Shown here one piece after another: positions 1 through 10,015 of a stretch of 64,000 bases of DNA. The stretch's first letter is position 1. Each line of letters starts with the position of its first letter. The DNA lies in the NCBI GenBank assembly GCA_944320495.1, contig CALUHR010000013.1, positions 192,001 through 256,000 on the forward strand, given 5' to 3'. The DNA comes from Candidatus Methanomethylophilaceae archaeon. GTDB taxonomy: Archaea; Thermoplasmatota; Thermoplasmata; Methanomassiliicoccales; Methanomethylophilaceae. Below the pieces are notes generated by a model. It made no database searches. It worked only from the letters and a program-made list of their open reading frames with translations, and was not told where the DNA came from. The translations under genes were made by a program, and so were the position numbers.

Positions 1-342
1 CTGCTCCTTCCACAGCCGCCTCGCCGTGATGTTTCCGTAGAGCCACAGCACGAACATCGCGAACACCATCAGGAATCCCGGGAGCGAATCCACACGGACC
101 CCCATGGAACCGGGCTCGCTGTATCCGTACAGCGCTACCACGAGGACCAGGAGTATGACGCTCGGTATGAACACCTTCAGACCGCGGTCCCTGTCGCCAA
201 GGTACACGAGGCCCATTCCCGGAAGGACCAGTGACAGTATCATCGCGACCACCTCGCTCTTGCCGCCGTCGACCCAGGTCCCGCATGACGGGCAACGGTG
301 CAGATTGCTGGGTATCTCGGCTCCGCATTCCCTGCAATACAT
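1..342 (-). CDS. Zinc-ribbon domain membrane protein (partial, runs off window start)
   Basis: Not in ORF track. Manual translation from ATG at 342: MYCRECGAEIPSNLHRCPSCG (two CxxC), then hydrophobic segments (ILSLVLPGMGLVYLG, VILLVLVVALYG). Open to base 1. Confidence 0.75.
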   Translation of the reverse strand, partial: MYCRECGAEIPSNLHRCPSCGTWVDGGKSEVVAMILSLVLPGMGLVYLGDRDRGLKVFIPSVILLVLVVALYGYSEPGSMGVRVDSLPGFLMVFAMFVLWLYGNITARRLWKEQ

Positions 343-654
343 CGCATCCCCATCTACGTATGGTTGCCGGGGGAATTAAATACATATGGGGGGCCAGATG
401 TCCTGTCCCCCGATATGGACGGGGCGGCCTATGTGTTGGTGCCTGGTCCAAACGGAACAGGTCGTGCATCCTGTTCCGGACATGATGCCATCGTGTGTAT
501 CCTCACAGGGATGATGCGCAGATGACTTCCGTACATCCGGAATTGATACGATGGGTGCAAAAACGCCCGAATCCTATTCTCATGAACGTTCGGACACAGC
601 GCCGTGGAAGCGTTTGGGACCGCGAGGGGTGCAGACCCCCTCGCAGGTCCAGGA

Positions 655-1584
655 TCAGTTGACGTAGTACAGCCAGGACTCGTACTGGGGGTCCTTGCCG
701 GTGGCGATGTCGCGGAACTTGTTGTGGATCCTGGTGGCGACCTCGCCGATCTTGCCCTCGCCGACGGGCTTGCCGTCGATCATGGTGACGGGGGCGATCT
801 CCGCGGCGGTTCCAGTCATCCAGACCTCCTCGGAGGACATCAGCATGAACCTGGAGACGGGGCACTCGTCGACCTCGTAGCCCATGTCCCTGGCGACCTT
901 GATGATGGAGTCCCTGGTTATGCCCTCGAGGATGCTCTCGGCGACGGACGGGGTGATGATCTTCCCGTGGCGGTACATGAAGATGTTCTCCCCGGTGCAC
1001 TCCGCGACGTGTCCGACGGAGTTGAGCATGACGGCCTCGTTGGCACCCTGCCTGACGGCCTCCCTCTTGGCGAGGGTGGAGGCGACGTAGGACCCGTTGA
1101 CCTTGGCCCCGGCGGGTCCGCACAGGTTGTCGGGCCTCTGCCACGAGGAGGTGATGAGCTTGGCTCCGGCGGAGGTGGACGGTCCGAGGTAGTCCCCCAT
1201 GTGGATGCAGGTGATCGCGAAGGACGCGGGGACGCCGACTGGGTTGAGGCCGACCTCCTCTCCGCTGAGGAAGACGCAGGGCTTGACGTAGTCGACGGTG
1301 TCGCCGTTGGCGCGGACGGCATCGCGGATGGCGTCCATGACGTCCTGGAGCCCGTACTCCTTGCCGTCGAAGACGAGGTCGATGCCCATGATCCTGCATC
1401 CGTCGAGGAGCCTCTGGGCGTGCTCCTTGAGCCTGAAGATGGCCATGCCCTTGGGGGTGTGGTAGACCCTGATCCCCTCGAACACGCCGGTCCCGTAGTT
1501 GAGGGCGTGTGCGAGGACGTGGACCTTGGCGTCCTCCCAGTTGACGAGCTTGCCGTTCAGCCAGATCTTCTCGGTCTTGTCCAT
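655..1584 (-). CDS. ilvE: Branched-chain amino acid aminotransferase (class IV PLP)
   Basis: 309 aa; HALNYGTGVFEGIRVY, AKVNGSY, ECTGENIF, ILEGITRDS, GTAAEIAP motifs. Confidence 0.95.
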   Translation of the reverse strand: MDKTEKIWLNGKLVNWEDAKVHVLAHALNYGTGVFEGIRVYHTPKGMAIFRLKEHAQRLLDGCRIMGIDLVFDGKEYGLQDVMDAIRDAVRANGDTVDYVKPCVFLSGEEVGLNPVGVPASFAITCIHMGDYLGPSTSAGAKLITSSWQRPDNLCGPAGAKVNGSYVASTLAKREAVRQGANEAVMLNSVGHVAECTGENIFMYRHGKIITPSVAESILEGITRDSIIKVARDMGYEVDECPVSRFMLMSSEEVWMTGTAAEIAPVTMIDGKPVGEGKIGEVATRIHNKFRDIATGKDPQYESWLYYVN

Positions 1585-1634
1585 GGAAAATCACCGTTCG
1601 AAGCGCGTTCGGCGCCTTTAGTGTTCACACGCGC

Positions 1635-1662
1635 ACGCGAATCGGTGTATATACACGTTTTC
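1635..1662 (-). promoter_or_regulatory. Probable BRE/TATA promoter of ilvE
   Basis: Minus strand GAAAACGTGTATATACAC, about 60 nt upstream of the ilvE ATG. Confidence 0.55.
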
Positions 1663-1668
1663 GGAGCT

Positions 1669-2700
1669 TCGCTCGCGGAGAATCGCGTCCACCGCATCGG
1701 AGAACGGGACATCCCCGCCGACGCGGAATGTGCGGCACCCCAGACGGCGACCGAACTCCATGTCGGAGTCGCTGTCGCCGACCATCCACGACCTGGACGG
1801 GTCTATGCCGTACCTGGCCATGGCGGCGAGCCCCATGCCTATCTCCGGCTTGCGGCACGAGCAGTTCTCGTCCGGCCGGTGGGGGCAGTAGAAGATGTCG
1901 TCGATGCGCCCGCCCCCGGCCTCGACGGTGCGCCGGAGCTTGGAGTGGATGGCATCGAGGGTCGCGAGGTCGAAGTAGCCGCGGTTGAGCCCGGACTGGT
2001 TGGTTATCACTATGACCAGGTATCCTGCGCGGTTGAGCCTGGCGATCGCCTCCGGGACGTCGGGGTAGACCTCGAACTTGTCCGGGTCGTCGCAGTAGGG
2101 GACGTTCCTGGCGACGGTGTCGTCCCTGTCGATGAATACGGCTCGGCTGCCGAAGAGCTCCCTCTCGACGATGCCGGCCACGATGTGGCAGGCGCAGAGG
2201 TAGCCCTCCTGGACGTGGGGGGTCTCGGTGGTGGGGATGACGACCGCGTGGTCCGCGATCTCCCTCATCTTCCCGCAGTCGCCGGTGAAGGCGATGGTCA
2301 CGCCTCCGCGGGCCTTGGCCTCCTCCATCGCGAGGATCACGTTCTTGGAGTTGCCGGATGTGGAGAGCCCGACGAGGACGTCCCCCTTCCTGCAGATCCC
2401 CTCGACCTGCCTCTTGAACACGATGTCGTAGCTGTAGTCGTTCCCGATGGCGGTCACGGGGGCGATGTTGGACAGGCACACGCCGGGGAGCGCGGGACGC
2501 TCCATCATGTACCTGCCGGAGAACTCGGCGGCGATGTGCTGCGCGTCTGCGGACGAACCGCCGTTGCCGCAGAATATGACCTGATTGCCGTTGCGGAACG
2601 CATCCCTGATGATGTCCGCAGCTTTCCTGATCTGGGCGGGATCGATCGCGGAGATCGCCGCAGCCGCCTTCCCAAGCTCCGCCGTAATCGCGTCAGTCAT
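1669..2700 (-). CDS. gmhA: Phosphoheptose isomerase (GmhA/SIS) plus heptose-bisphosphate phosphatase (GmhB/HAD-IIIA) in one frame; internal CGA at codon 186, proposed CGA stop at 1669-1671
   Basis: CGNGGSSADAQHIAAE, GLSTSGNSKNV, HVQE (GmhA); FIDRDDT, ITNQSG, YCPH..CSCRKP, VGDSDSD (GmhB). The standard-code ORF extends to 1618 through the ilvE promoter. Confidence 0.9.
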
Positions 2701-3709
2701 TTGGATATCTCCAGGATGTCACGCCCTGGGGCTCGAACATGAAGTCGGTGACCTTCGCGCCCATCTTCCCGAGCTCCTGCGCGACATTGTACTTGCGGTC
2801 GTATTCGCATATGAAGTACATGAACCCGCCACCTCCGGCGCCGGTGACCTTGCCACCTATCGCGCCGGCCGACCGCGCGGCGGAGTACATCGCATCTATC
2901 TGCGGATTGGTGATCTTGTTGGAGAACTGCTTCTTGTAGGTCCAGGCCTCGTCGAGGATCTCCCCGGCGGTCCTGATGTCGCCCCTCTCCATGGCCACGT
3001 TCATGGCCTTCGCCAGCCCCTTGGTCCTGTCCAGGGCCTCCTCGTTCTGACCCTTGTTGAACTTGGAGACCTGGCTCTCGATGATGGAGGCGGACTCGCG
3101 GGTGTGGCCGATGTAGCACAGGAGCGAGCAGTACTGGAGTTCATTGACGGTGTCCGGGTCGATCCTGACGCGGTTGACGTTGACGCCGCTGCTGTTGAAG
3201 AGCATGTAGTTGAAACCGCCAAACACTGCCGCGTACTGGTCCTGCTTGCCTCCCTTGAGACCTATGTCCTCCCTCTCCAGCTTGTAGGCCAGGCTGGCCA
3301 TCTCGTGGCCGGTGAGCCTGATGTTCTGCCACTCGCACATGGCAGCGATGATGGAAACGATGACCGTCGACGAACCCCCGAGGCCGGATCCGGGAGGGGC
3401 CTCGGACTGCAGGAACATCTTGAATCCGTCCGTGACCTCGAAGTGGTTGGTCACGGCCTTGATGAGGTCCATGTTGCCGTCGAGCTTGAGCGGTCCGCCG
3501 TCGAGGGACGCCTCGTACTTCCCGTAGTCGGTGGAGTGGACAGACATGGAGTGGTCGTCGGTCGGGGTTATCGTGCAGTATGCATAGCGGTTGATGGTCG
3601 TGTTGAAGACCGCTCCGCCCTTCTTCGACGCGTACGGGTCGACGTCGGTGCCACCTCCCGCGAGGCCTATCCTCAGTGGCGCCCTAGCCCTGTAGTGCGT
3701 ACCATGCAT
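2693..3709 (-). CDS. hddA: GHMP kinase, D-glycero-alpha-D-manno-heptose-7-phosphate kinase-like
   Basis: RAPLRIGLAGGGTDV, PPGSGLGGSS, GGKQDQYAAVFGG, GKVTGAGGGG; adjacent to gmhA/B. Confidence 0.85.
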   Translation of the reverse strand: MHGTHYRARAPLRIGLAGGGTDVDPYASKKGGAVFNTTINRYAYCTITPTDDHSMSVHSTDYGKYEASLDGGPLKLDGNMDLIKAVTNHFEVTDGFKMFLQSEAPPGSGLGGSSTVIVSIIAAMCEWQNIRLTGHEMASLAYKLEREDIGLKGGKQDQYAAVFGGFNYMLFNSSGVNVNRVRIDPDTVNELQYCSLLCYIGHTRESASIIESQVSKFNKGQNEEALDRTKGLAKAMNVAMERGDIRTAGEILDEAWTYKKQFSNKITNPQIDAMYSAARSAGAIGGKVTGAGGGGFMYFICEYDRKYNVAQELGKMGAKVTDFMFEPQGVTSWRYPND

Positions 3710-3881
3710 CCCATTTACCCCTAGAGACGCCCCGATGTAGACAGGGTGTCTGATTTCGCAATTCTATGGGTAATATATAACAATGAGCGTCGAACCCTGC
3801 GATTTCCACGTGCTGGCACATTATGCGGTAGCGCGAAAGGCCAGTCCTCGCATTTATAACATGGAAGACGATTGCCGACCG

Positions 3882-5030
3882 ATGCGGATCGCGATGATGA
3901 CCGACAGCTGGTACCCCACGAGGGACGGCGTCGTCACTTCTGTCACCATAATCAAGGAGTCCCTGGAAGCACTGGGGCACGAGGTGTTCATCATAGCCCC
4001 GGAGCCCGAGGAGGAGTTCAGGCAGGACGGGGTCTACTACTTCCCGTCCGTGCGCTTCAAGTCGTACGATGGGTACTACGTGCCGATCTACCCCTCCCAC
4101 AAGAAGAGGATCCTGAAAGAGATCGACCCCGACGTCATCCACATACACGGCGTGGCCACCATGGCCATAAGGGGCCTGATCAGCGGCCACGAGCTGGGGA
4201 TCCCCACGGTCATGACGTTCCACACCATGGTGGACGACGCCGCCCGCTACTATTCCCCGATCAAGATGTCCCCGCAGACCATGGAGAGGCTCATCTGGAT
4301 CTACCTCAGGCAGATCCTGAAGCGCGCCGACGTCGTCGTCACGCCCACGTCGTGCATCGGCAGGGAGCTCGCATCCCACGGCGCCGAGTGCAGGAACCTG
4401 GTGACCATCCCCACGGGGACGGACGTCGCGAAGTTCCACCCCGGGATCGAATCCGGGTACGTCAGGGATAGGTACGGCCTCGAGGGCAGGAGGGTCGTCA
4501 TCCACGTCGGCCGCATATCCTACGAGAAGGATCTGGACATGGTCGTCCGCGCCATGACGAAGGTCGACGCGGTGCTCCTCGTGGCCGGGAAGGGCCCGGC
4601 AAAAGAGGACATCGAACACCTCGTGGACGAGCTGGGCCTCCGGGAGAAGGTCGTTTTCGCCGGCTTCGTCCCCGACGAGGAGCTGCCGGCGTTCTACAAC
4701 GCGGCGGACATAGCCGTCTCCGCGTCCAAGTTCGAGACTCAGGGACTGTCCATCCTGGAGGCCATGGCTTCCGGGAAGCCGGTCGCCTGCAGGAACGGCC
4801 GCGCATTCGCGGAGATCGTGAGGGACGGCGAGAACGGGTACCTCTTCGACGACGTCGATGGGTGCGCCGCCGCCATGGAGAGGGCGTTCGACGCGCCGGC
4901 GGAGGTCCGCGAGGCCTCGTACCGCACCGCACTGGAGAACTCCCGCGAGAGGAGCGCCGAGCTCTACGTCGGGGCGTACGAGCTGGCGAAGAGGACGAGG
5001 GCGGAGAGGATCGGCCATGGGACTGAGTGA
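3882..5030 (+). CDS. GT4 family glycosyltransferase
   Basis: MRIAMMTDSWYP..DGV, HVGRISYEKD, ETQGLSILEAMASG. TATA-like TTTATAAC at 3853-3860 supports the 3882 start; an in-frame CGA sits at 3876. Confidence 0.9.
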   Translation: MRIAMMTDSWYPTRDGVVTSVTIIKESLEALGHEVFIIAPEPEEEFRQDGVYYFPSVRFKSYDGYYVPIYPSHKKRILKEIDPDVIHIHGVATMAIRGLISGHELGIPTVMTFHTMVDDAARYYSPIKMSPQTMERLIWIYLRQILKRADVVVTPTSCIGRELASHGAECRNLVTIPTGTDVAKFHPGIESGYVRDRYGLEGRRVVIHVGRISYEKDLDMVVRAMTKVDAVLLVAGKGPAKEDIEHLVDELGLREKVVFAGFVPDEELPAFYNAADIAVSASKFETQGLSILEAMASGKPVACRNGRAFAEIVRDGENGYLFDDVDGCAAAMERAFDAPAEVREASYRTALENSRERSAELYVGAYELAKRTRAERIGHGTE

Positions 5031-5604
5031 GTGGCTGTTCGGGCTGTTCTCCGGCATGGGGGACCCTGGGATCGTCCTGTGCGTTTTCCTGCTCTTCCTG
5101 ATCGACGCCCTGTTCTTCCCCACCTTGCCGGAGCTGTTCATGGTCCTCGGCTTCGGGGCCAACCCCACATTGGAGTTCGCGGTCGTCCTGCTCGGGGTGG
5201 CGATAGTCGCCGAGCTCGTCGGCGTGTTCACGCTGTACTTCGTGGTATCGAGGATCAAGGTGCCGGAGCGCATATCGCGCATCGCGAAGAAATACATCGG
5301 ATTCCTGGTGGTCAGCGACGAGAAGATAATCCTGGTCAACCGCGTGGCGCCCATGATCCCCTTCCTCGGTGCGTTCATCGCCATGATAGACACGTGGGAC
5401 AGGCGCAAGTGCGCGCTGTACATCGTGATCGGCTGCGTGCTGAAGTACGGGGTCATCCTCGCCGCCAGCGGGTTCTTCCTCAACTATCTGGGAAGCGACA
5501 CGGCCCAGAGCGTCACGCTCGTCTTCATATTCGCAGTGCTCATAGTGAGCTTCGTCGCCTCCTTCTACAAGAAGAGGAAGGAGGGCCTGGAGGGATCCGA
5601 ATGA
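5017..5604 (+). CDS. DedA/SNARE-associated-like membrane protein
   Basis: Several hydrophobic helices, LIDALFFPTLPE and NRVAPMIPF motifs; overlaps both flanking GT4 genes (ATGA overlap with the downstream one). Confidence 0.7.
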   Translation: MGLSEWLFGLFSGMGDPGIVLCVFLLFLIDALFFPTLPELFMVLGFGANPTLEFAVVLLGVAIVAELVGVFTLYFVVSRIKVPERISRIAKKYIGFLVVSDEKIILVNRVAPMIPFLGAFIAMIDTWDRRKCALYIVIGCVLKYGVILAASGFFLNYLGSDTAQSVTLVFIFAVLIVSFVASFYKKRKEGLEGSE

Positions 5605-6677
5605 GATTCGTGGACGTCAACCCGTTCTTCTATCCGCATCACGGCGGCATCGAGACCCGTATGCACGACACCGCCAGACTGCTGGCCGCCAGAGGGCACG
5701 ACGTCACCATCCTCACCGGAAGGCTCCCGGACACGCCCGAGGAGGAGAGGACCGAGTACGGATACAGGGTCGTCCGCCTGCCCTCGAGGCTCATCAACGT
5801 ATACAACCCCCCGTTCATCTCGTCCAAGGGGGTGTTCGAGACCCTCGAGTCCATGGACGCCGACGTCGTGAACTACAACTACCGCTGGGCCCCGTCCTAC
5901 AACAAGGACCTGAAGAGGTACGACGGCAGGAAGGTGTTCACCTACCACAACATGTGGGGCGAGGGCATAGGCGTGCAGGCGAGGCTGTCGGAGATCAACG
6001 ACAACGGCTTCCGCTCCACCCTGGACACATTCGACCACATCGTCTGCGTCAGCGATTACGTGAAGGGGGACCTGATCCGCAGGGGGATCCCCGCGGAGAG
6101 ACTGACCACCATCCCCACCTGCATGGACATGCCCCCTCTGAGGAACGTCCCCGAAGGCGATTACATCCTCTCGCTCGGAAGGCTCGTGGCCACCAAGGGA
6201 TTGAGCTACCTCATCGATGCGATGGAGGAGATCGACTGTCGGCTGGTTCTCTGCGGCAAGGGCCCGGAGGAGAAGGAGATACGCCGCAGGATCGAGAGGC
6301 TCGGGCTGCAGGACAGGGTCGACATGCGCGGATACGTCCCCGAGGAGGAGAAGGACTCACTGATCGACGGTTGCAGACTGTTCGTCATGCCGTCGCTCTT
6401 CGAATCGTTCGGACTGGCCGCGCTGGAGGTCATGTCGCATGGCAAGCCCCTTGTCTGCACGGACGTCAACGGCCTGCCGGACACCGTCCGCGACGGCGGC
6501 GTCCTGGTGCCGCCGAGGGACTCCCGCGCCATAGCGTCCGCGGTGAACTCGCTGCTTGCGGACGATGGTGGGAGAAAAGAGAAGGGGATGCGGGCCAGGG
6601 CGGTCGCGGAGACCTACACCTGGGACCGCTGGATCCCCGTGTACGAGAAGGTCCTTGCCGACGTCACAGCGCGTTGA
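5601..6677 (+). CDS. GT4 family glycosyltransferase
   Basis: MRFVDVNPFFYPHHGGIE, SLGRLVATKG, ESFGLAALEVMSHG. Confidence 0.9.
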   Translation: MRFVDVNPFFYPHHGGIETRMHDTARLLAARGHDVTILTGRLPDTPEEERTEYGYRVVRLPSRLINVYNPPFISSKGVFETLESMDADVVNYNYRWAPSYNKDLKRYDGRKVFTYHNMWGEGIGVQARLSEINDNGFRSTLDTFDHIVCVSDYVKGDLIRRGIPAERLTTIPTCMDMPPLRNVPEGDYILSLGRLVATKGLSYLIDAMEEIDCRLVLCGKGPEEKEIRRRIERLGLQDRVDMRGYVPEEEKDSLIDGCRLFVMPSLFESFGLAALEVMSHGKPLVCTDVNGLPDTVRDGGVLVPPRDSRAIASAVNSLLADDGGRKEKGMRARAVAETYTWDRWIPVYEKVLADVTAR

Positions 6678-7026
6678 GCGCCTTGACGTAGTGGTCGGGC
6701 TTCATGCGGTCGATGACCTCCTCGACCTCGTCCGACCCTCCGACCAGACCGACGTTGCCGTTGCTGGTCGAGATGAGCGCGTAGGCGGACTGCCCCGACT
6801 CGGGGATGAGCTCCGCCTCGTAGACGTCCTGGAGCTTCTGGAGCCTTCCGATGGCGGTCTGCGCGGCATCGTGGCCGACGACGGACAGGACCATCCTGGA
6901 CTTGCCGGGGAGCTCGCACTTTCCGACGACGATGGTCTCGACGTTGATCTTGTTGCGGGTGAACTCCCCCATGACCCTCTGCATGACCCCGAACTCGTTC
7001 TTGACGATTAGAGAGATGACGTGCAT
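6664..7026 (-). CDS. ACT-domain protein resembling the acetolactate synthase small subunit
   Basis: MHVISLIVKNEFGVMQRVMGEFTRNKINVETIVVG matches the IlvH/IlvN ACT fold; 120 aa. Confidence 0.7.
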   Translation of the reverse strand: MHVISLIVKNEFGVMQRVMGEFTRNKINVETIVVGKCELPGKSRMVLSVVGHDAAQTAIGRLQKLQDVYEAELIPESGQSAYALISTSNGNVGLVGGSDEVEEVIDRMKPDHYVKALNAL

Positions 7027-7085
7027 GTTTCCACCGTGGCCGCGAAGGGAATACAGATATATTTGGCTGTGCTGGGCGACACCGA

Positions 7086-8012
7086 ATGTCTGACGGGAGC
7101 ATGGACGGGAAGGGGTCCGCCGACCCCATTGGTATCTCCATCGGCATCTGCGCCTACAACGAGGAGGGCATCATCGAGAGGTCAATCCGCTCGATATACG
7201 ACCAGAGGCTCGACGGCATAGAGGTCAGGGAGGTGCTGGTCGTCTCCAGCGGGAGCACCGACCGCACCGACGAGATCGTCCGCTCCCTCATGACCGAGTT
7301 CGACAACATCGTGTTCCTTCCCCAGGAGAGGCGCGAGGGCAAGAACTCGGCGATCAACCTCTACCTGGACAACATGACCTCGGACATCGCCGTCATGCTG
7401 AACGCCGACAACCTCTTCGCCTGCGAGGACTCTCTCCAGCGCCTGGTCGAGCCGTTCAGGGACCCGGAGGTCGGGATGGTTGGCGGGCATCCCATACCAA
7501 CCAACGACCCGTCCGACAAGGTGGGATTCGCATCCCGGATGCTGTGGGCGATGCACCACAACGTCGCCATGATCTCCCCCAAGATCGGCGAGCTCGTGGC
7601 ATTCCGTGACATCGGCACCAGGCTCAGGACCGACCTCCAGTCGGACGAGGACATCATCCGTATGAACCTGGAGAAGGCCGGATACAGGATCGTCTACGCC
7701 CCGGATGCCACCATCTACAACCGCGGCCCCGAGACCGAGGAGGACTTCCTCAAGCAGAGGGTCCGCGTGAACATCGGCGAGATCACGATGAGGAAGATCT
7801 ACGGCGACGACTACCGGGTGTCCTCGTGGGACAACAAGGTCCTCGTCAGGGCCTACGTCCAGACGATGCGCGACCTGGGCTTCCATCCGCTGAAGATGCT
7901 CTACATGACCCGCCTGGAGCTGAAGGCCCGCAGGATGGCCAAGGAGCACGTCGCCCGCGGTGACGACAACATGAGCTGCTGGGACCCCGTCACCAGCACC
8001 AAGCGCCTCTGA
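7086..8012 (+). CDS. GT2 family glycosyltransferase
   Basis: IGICAYNEE, VVSSGSTDRTDEIV, GKNSAIN, LNAD, SDED, QRVR motifs. Confidence 0.9.
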   Translation: MSDGSMDGKGSADPIGISIGICAYNEEGIIERSIRSIYDQRLDGIEVREVLVVSSGSTDRTDEIVRSLMTEFDNIVFLPQERREGKNSAINLYLDNMTSDIAVMLNADNLFACEDSLQRLVEPFRDPEVGMVGGHPIPTNDPSDKVGFASRMLWAMHHNVAMISPKIGELVAFRDIGTRLRTDLQSDEDIIRMNLEKAGYRIVYAPDATIYNRGPETEEDFLKQRVRVNIGEITMRKIYGDDYRVSSWDNKVLVRAYVQTMRDLGFHPLKMLYMTRLELKARRMAKEHVARGDDNMSCWDPVTSTKRL

Positions 8013-8049
8013 GAAGGAGATGAAAGCGGTTTCTCGGGACGGACCCGGG

Positions 8050-9072
8050 TCAGACGCTGCGGCCCTCGTCGAGGACCTCCCCAGCCTTCACGACGGTCCC
8101 GTCCGCCAGGACCGAGTTGGACACCTTCGCGCCCTTCCCTATCCTGCATCCCTCCCCGAGGATCGAGTTGACGATCTCGGCGCCGTGCACCTCGCAGCCG
8201 CTCATCACGAGCGCCCTGTCGAGAGTGGAGTTCCTGACGGATGCTGAATCCAGGATCACCGTGTCGGTGAGCCTGCTCCCGTGGGCGGAGGCCCCGTGCC
8301 CGAGATAGAACGGCCCCTCGATGGCGCAACCGGGCGCCTTCCAGTCCCTGTCGCCGTACTCCGCCTCGGCGATGGCGAGGTTCGCCCTCAGCAGGTCCCT
8401 CGGGCGGCCGACGTCCATCCAGATGCCGTCGACGGTGTGACCCTGGATCCTGCGGCCCTCGGACATCAGCTTCGGGACGAGGTCCTTCGAGAAGTCGTAG
8501 AACGTGTGCTCGGGGACCTCGGAGAGCACGTCCTTCTGCAGGACGTACACTCCGGCATTGATGAGGTTGGAGAACACCTCCTCCGGCTTCGGCTTCTCCT
8601 TGAACTCGCTGATCCTGTTGTCGTCGTCCACGCGGGCGATCCCGAACTCGCACGGGTTGTCCACGGGGGTGAGGGCGATCGTCACGGCGGCGCCGGTCTC
8701 CTGATGGGTGCGGATCTCCGCGGACACGTCCATGGAGACGAACACGTCGCCGTTGGCCGCCACGAACGTGTCGTCCAGACGGTCCTCCACCAGCTTCATC
8801 GCCCCGCCGGTGCCCATGGGCTCGTCCTCATAGGAGTACTGGATGTCGATGCCCAGGTCCGAGCCGTCGCCGATCGTGCGGCGCATGAGCTCGGACTTGT
8901 ACCCGCACGCGAGAATGACCTCCTCTATGCCACCGTAGGCCAGCGACCTGAGCAGGTACCAGAGGCACGGCCTGTCCGCCACGGGCAGTATGATCTTCGG
9001 TCTCGTCTCCGTCAGAGGGAGGAGCCTGGTGCCCTTGCCCCCGACCATCACGACCGCCTGTCTCACCTTCAT
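8050..9072 (-). CDS. Sugar-phosphate nucleotidyltransferase (mannose-1-P guanylyltransferase-like, C-terminal beta-helix)
   Basis: VMVGGKGTRLLPLTETRPK, EPMGTGGA, ANGD, EKP, INAGVY, WMDVGRP. ATG at 9072 overlaps the upstream stop. Confidence 0.9.
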   Translation of the reverse strand: MKVRQAVVMVGGKGTRLLPLTETRPKIILPVADRPCLWYLLRSLAYGGIEEVILACGYKSELMRRTIGDGSDLGIDIQYSYEDEPMGTGGAMKLVEDRLDDTFVAANGDVFVSMDVSAEIRTHQETGAAVTIALTPVDNPCEFGIARVDDDNRISEFKEKPKPEEVFSNLINAGVYVLQKDVLSEVPEHTFYDFSKDLVPKLMSEGRRIQGHTVDGIWMDVGRPRDLLRANLAIAEAEYGDRDWKAPGCAIEGPFYLGHGASAHGSRLTDTVILDSASVRNSTLDRALVMSGCEVHGAEIVNSILGEGCRIGKGAKVSNSVLADGTVVKAGEVLDEGRSV

Positions 9073-9953
9073 CTGGATCCCTCCGGCATGACGACCTTCA
9101 CCACGTTTATGTTCTGCGGGACCCCGAGCGCCCTTGCCACCGGGGCGCACTTGGAGCGCAGGATGTGCACGACCGGGACTGGGATGCTCCTGCCGGAGGT
9201 GGCCTCGAAGTTGGCCATGCCCTTGGCGATGATGAGCCCGCATCCATCGATCTCCTCCTGGAGGTCCTGGGGGACGTCGTCCCAATCGATGCCGACGTAG
9301 AACTTCCCGGTGCTGAGCAGCCTGTCGGCGACCCTGTCGATGCCCACGCGCTTCGCGTCCTCCATGGTGACGTCGTTGAGGATCGGCGCTCCGCGGACCA
9401 CGCCGACGACGCGCTTGCCCATTTCCCTGAGCAGCCTCATGAGGACCATGTCCAGGCGGCTCTCGCCGCAGTTGTCGAACATGTAGACCACGCCGGGGAC
9501 CTCGGACAGCAGGTCCTCGAGCATGCCGACGTCGTCCAGGCCCAGGCCCTGCGCGACGATGTCGTCGTAGACCTCGGAGAAGAGGTCGGGATCGTCGATG
9601 GTCGCGCCGGACCCGAAATCCATGACGTTGCCCGCGACGGCTCCCATGATGGCCGTCCTGAGGGGCTCGTCCGATGCCTCGACCATCTCCTCCAGCTGGC
9701 GCTCGAACGGCTCAGCGACGGCGTCCGCCCTGCACTTGAGCTCGAAGTAGGGGTCCTCGGACCTGATCGCGCGGTAGGAGCGCCAGTGGACCTCCGATGA
9801 TATCTTGACGGAATCCACCTCGGGGTCCATCCTGCTGCCGAGGACCTCCGCGGCCGCCTTGACGGCGTCGAACTCCAGGCCGTTGCCGACCAGGCGGGAT
9901 TGGAAGAGGACCCGGCGCATGAGACAGGGTCCGCAGTCTGCGGTGAACTTCAT
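9069..9953 (-). CDS. ARMT1-like/DUF89 damage-control phosphatase
   Basis: DCGPC, DPYFELK, AGNVMDFG, FDNCGE, AKGMANFE. Confidence 0.88.
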   Translation of the reverse strand: MKFTADCGPCLMRRVLFQSRLVGNGLEFDAVKAAAEVLGSRMDPEVDSVKISSEVHWRSYRAIRSEDPYFELKCRADAVAEPFERQLEEMVEASDEPLRTAIMGAVAGNVMDFGSGATIDDPDLFSEVYDDIVAQGLGLDDVGMLEDLLSEVPGVVYMFDNCGESRLDMVLMRLLREMGKRVVGVVRGAPILNDVTMEDAKRVGIDRVADRLLSTGKFYVGIDWDDVPQDLQEEIDGCGLIIAKGMANFEATSGRSIPVPVVHILRSKCAPVARALGVPQNINVVKVVMPEGSR

Positions 9954-10015
9954 GGAAAAACACGCTCCTATCGGAGAAAAGGTTGTGATGCGGGGTCTCC
10001 CCCGCGTTTACGGTC

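Noticed and set aside
380-650. Short ORFs between the zinc-ribbon gene and ilvE
   Set aside because: No recognisable motifs or native codon pattern; probably intergenic.
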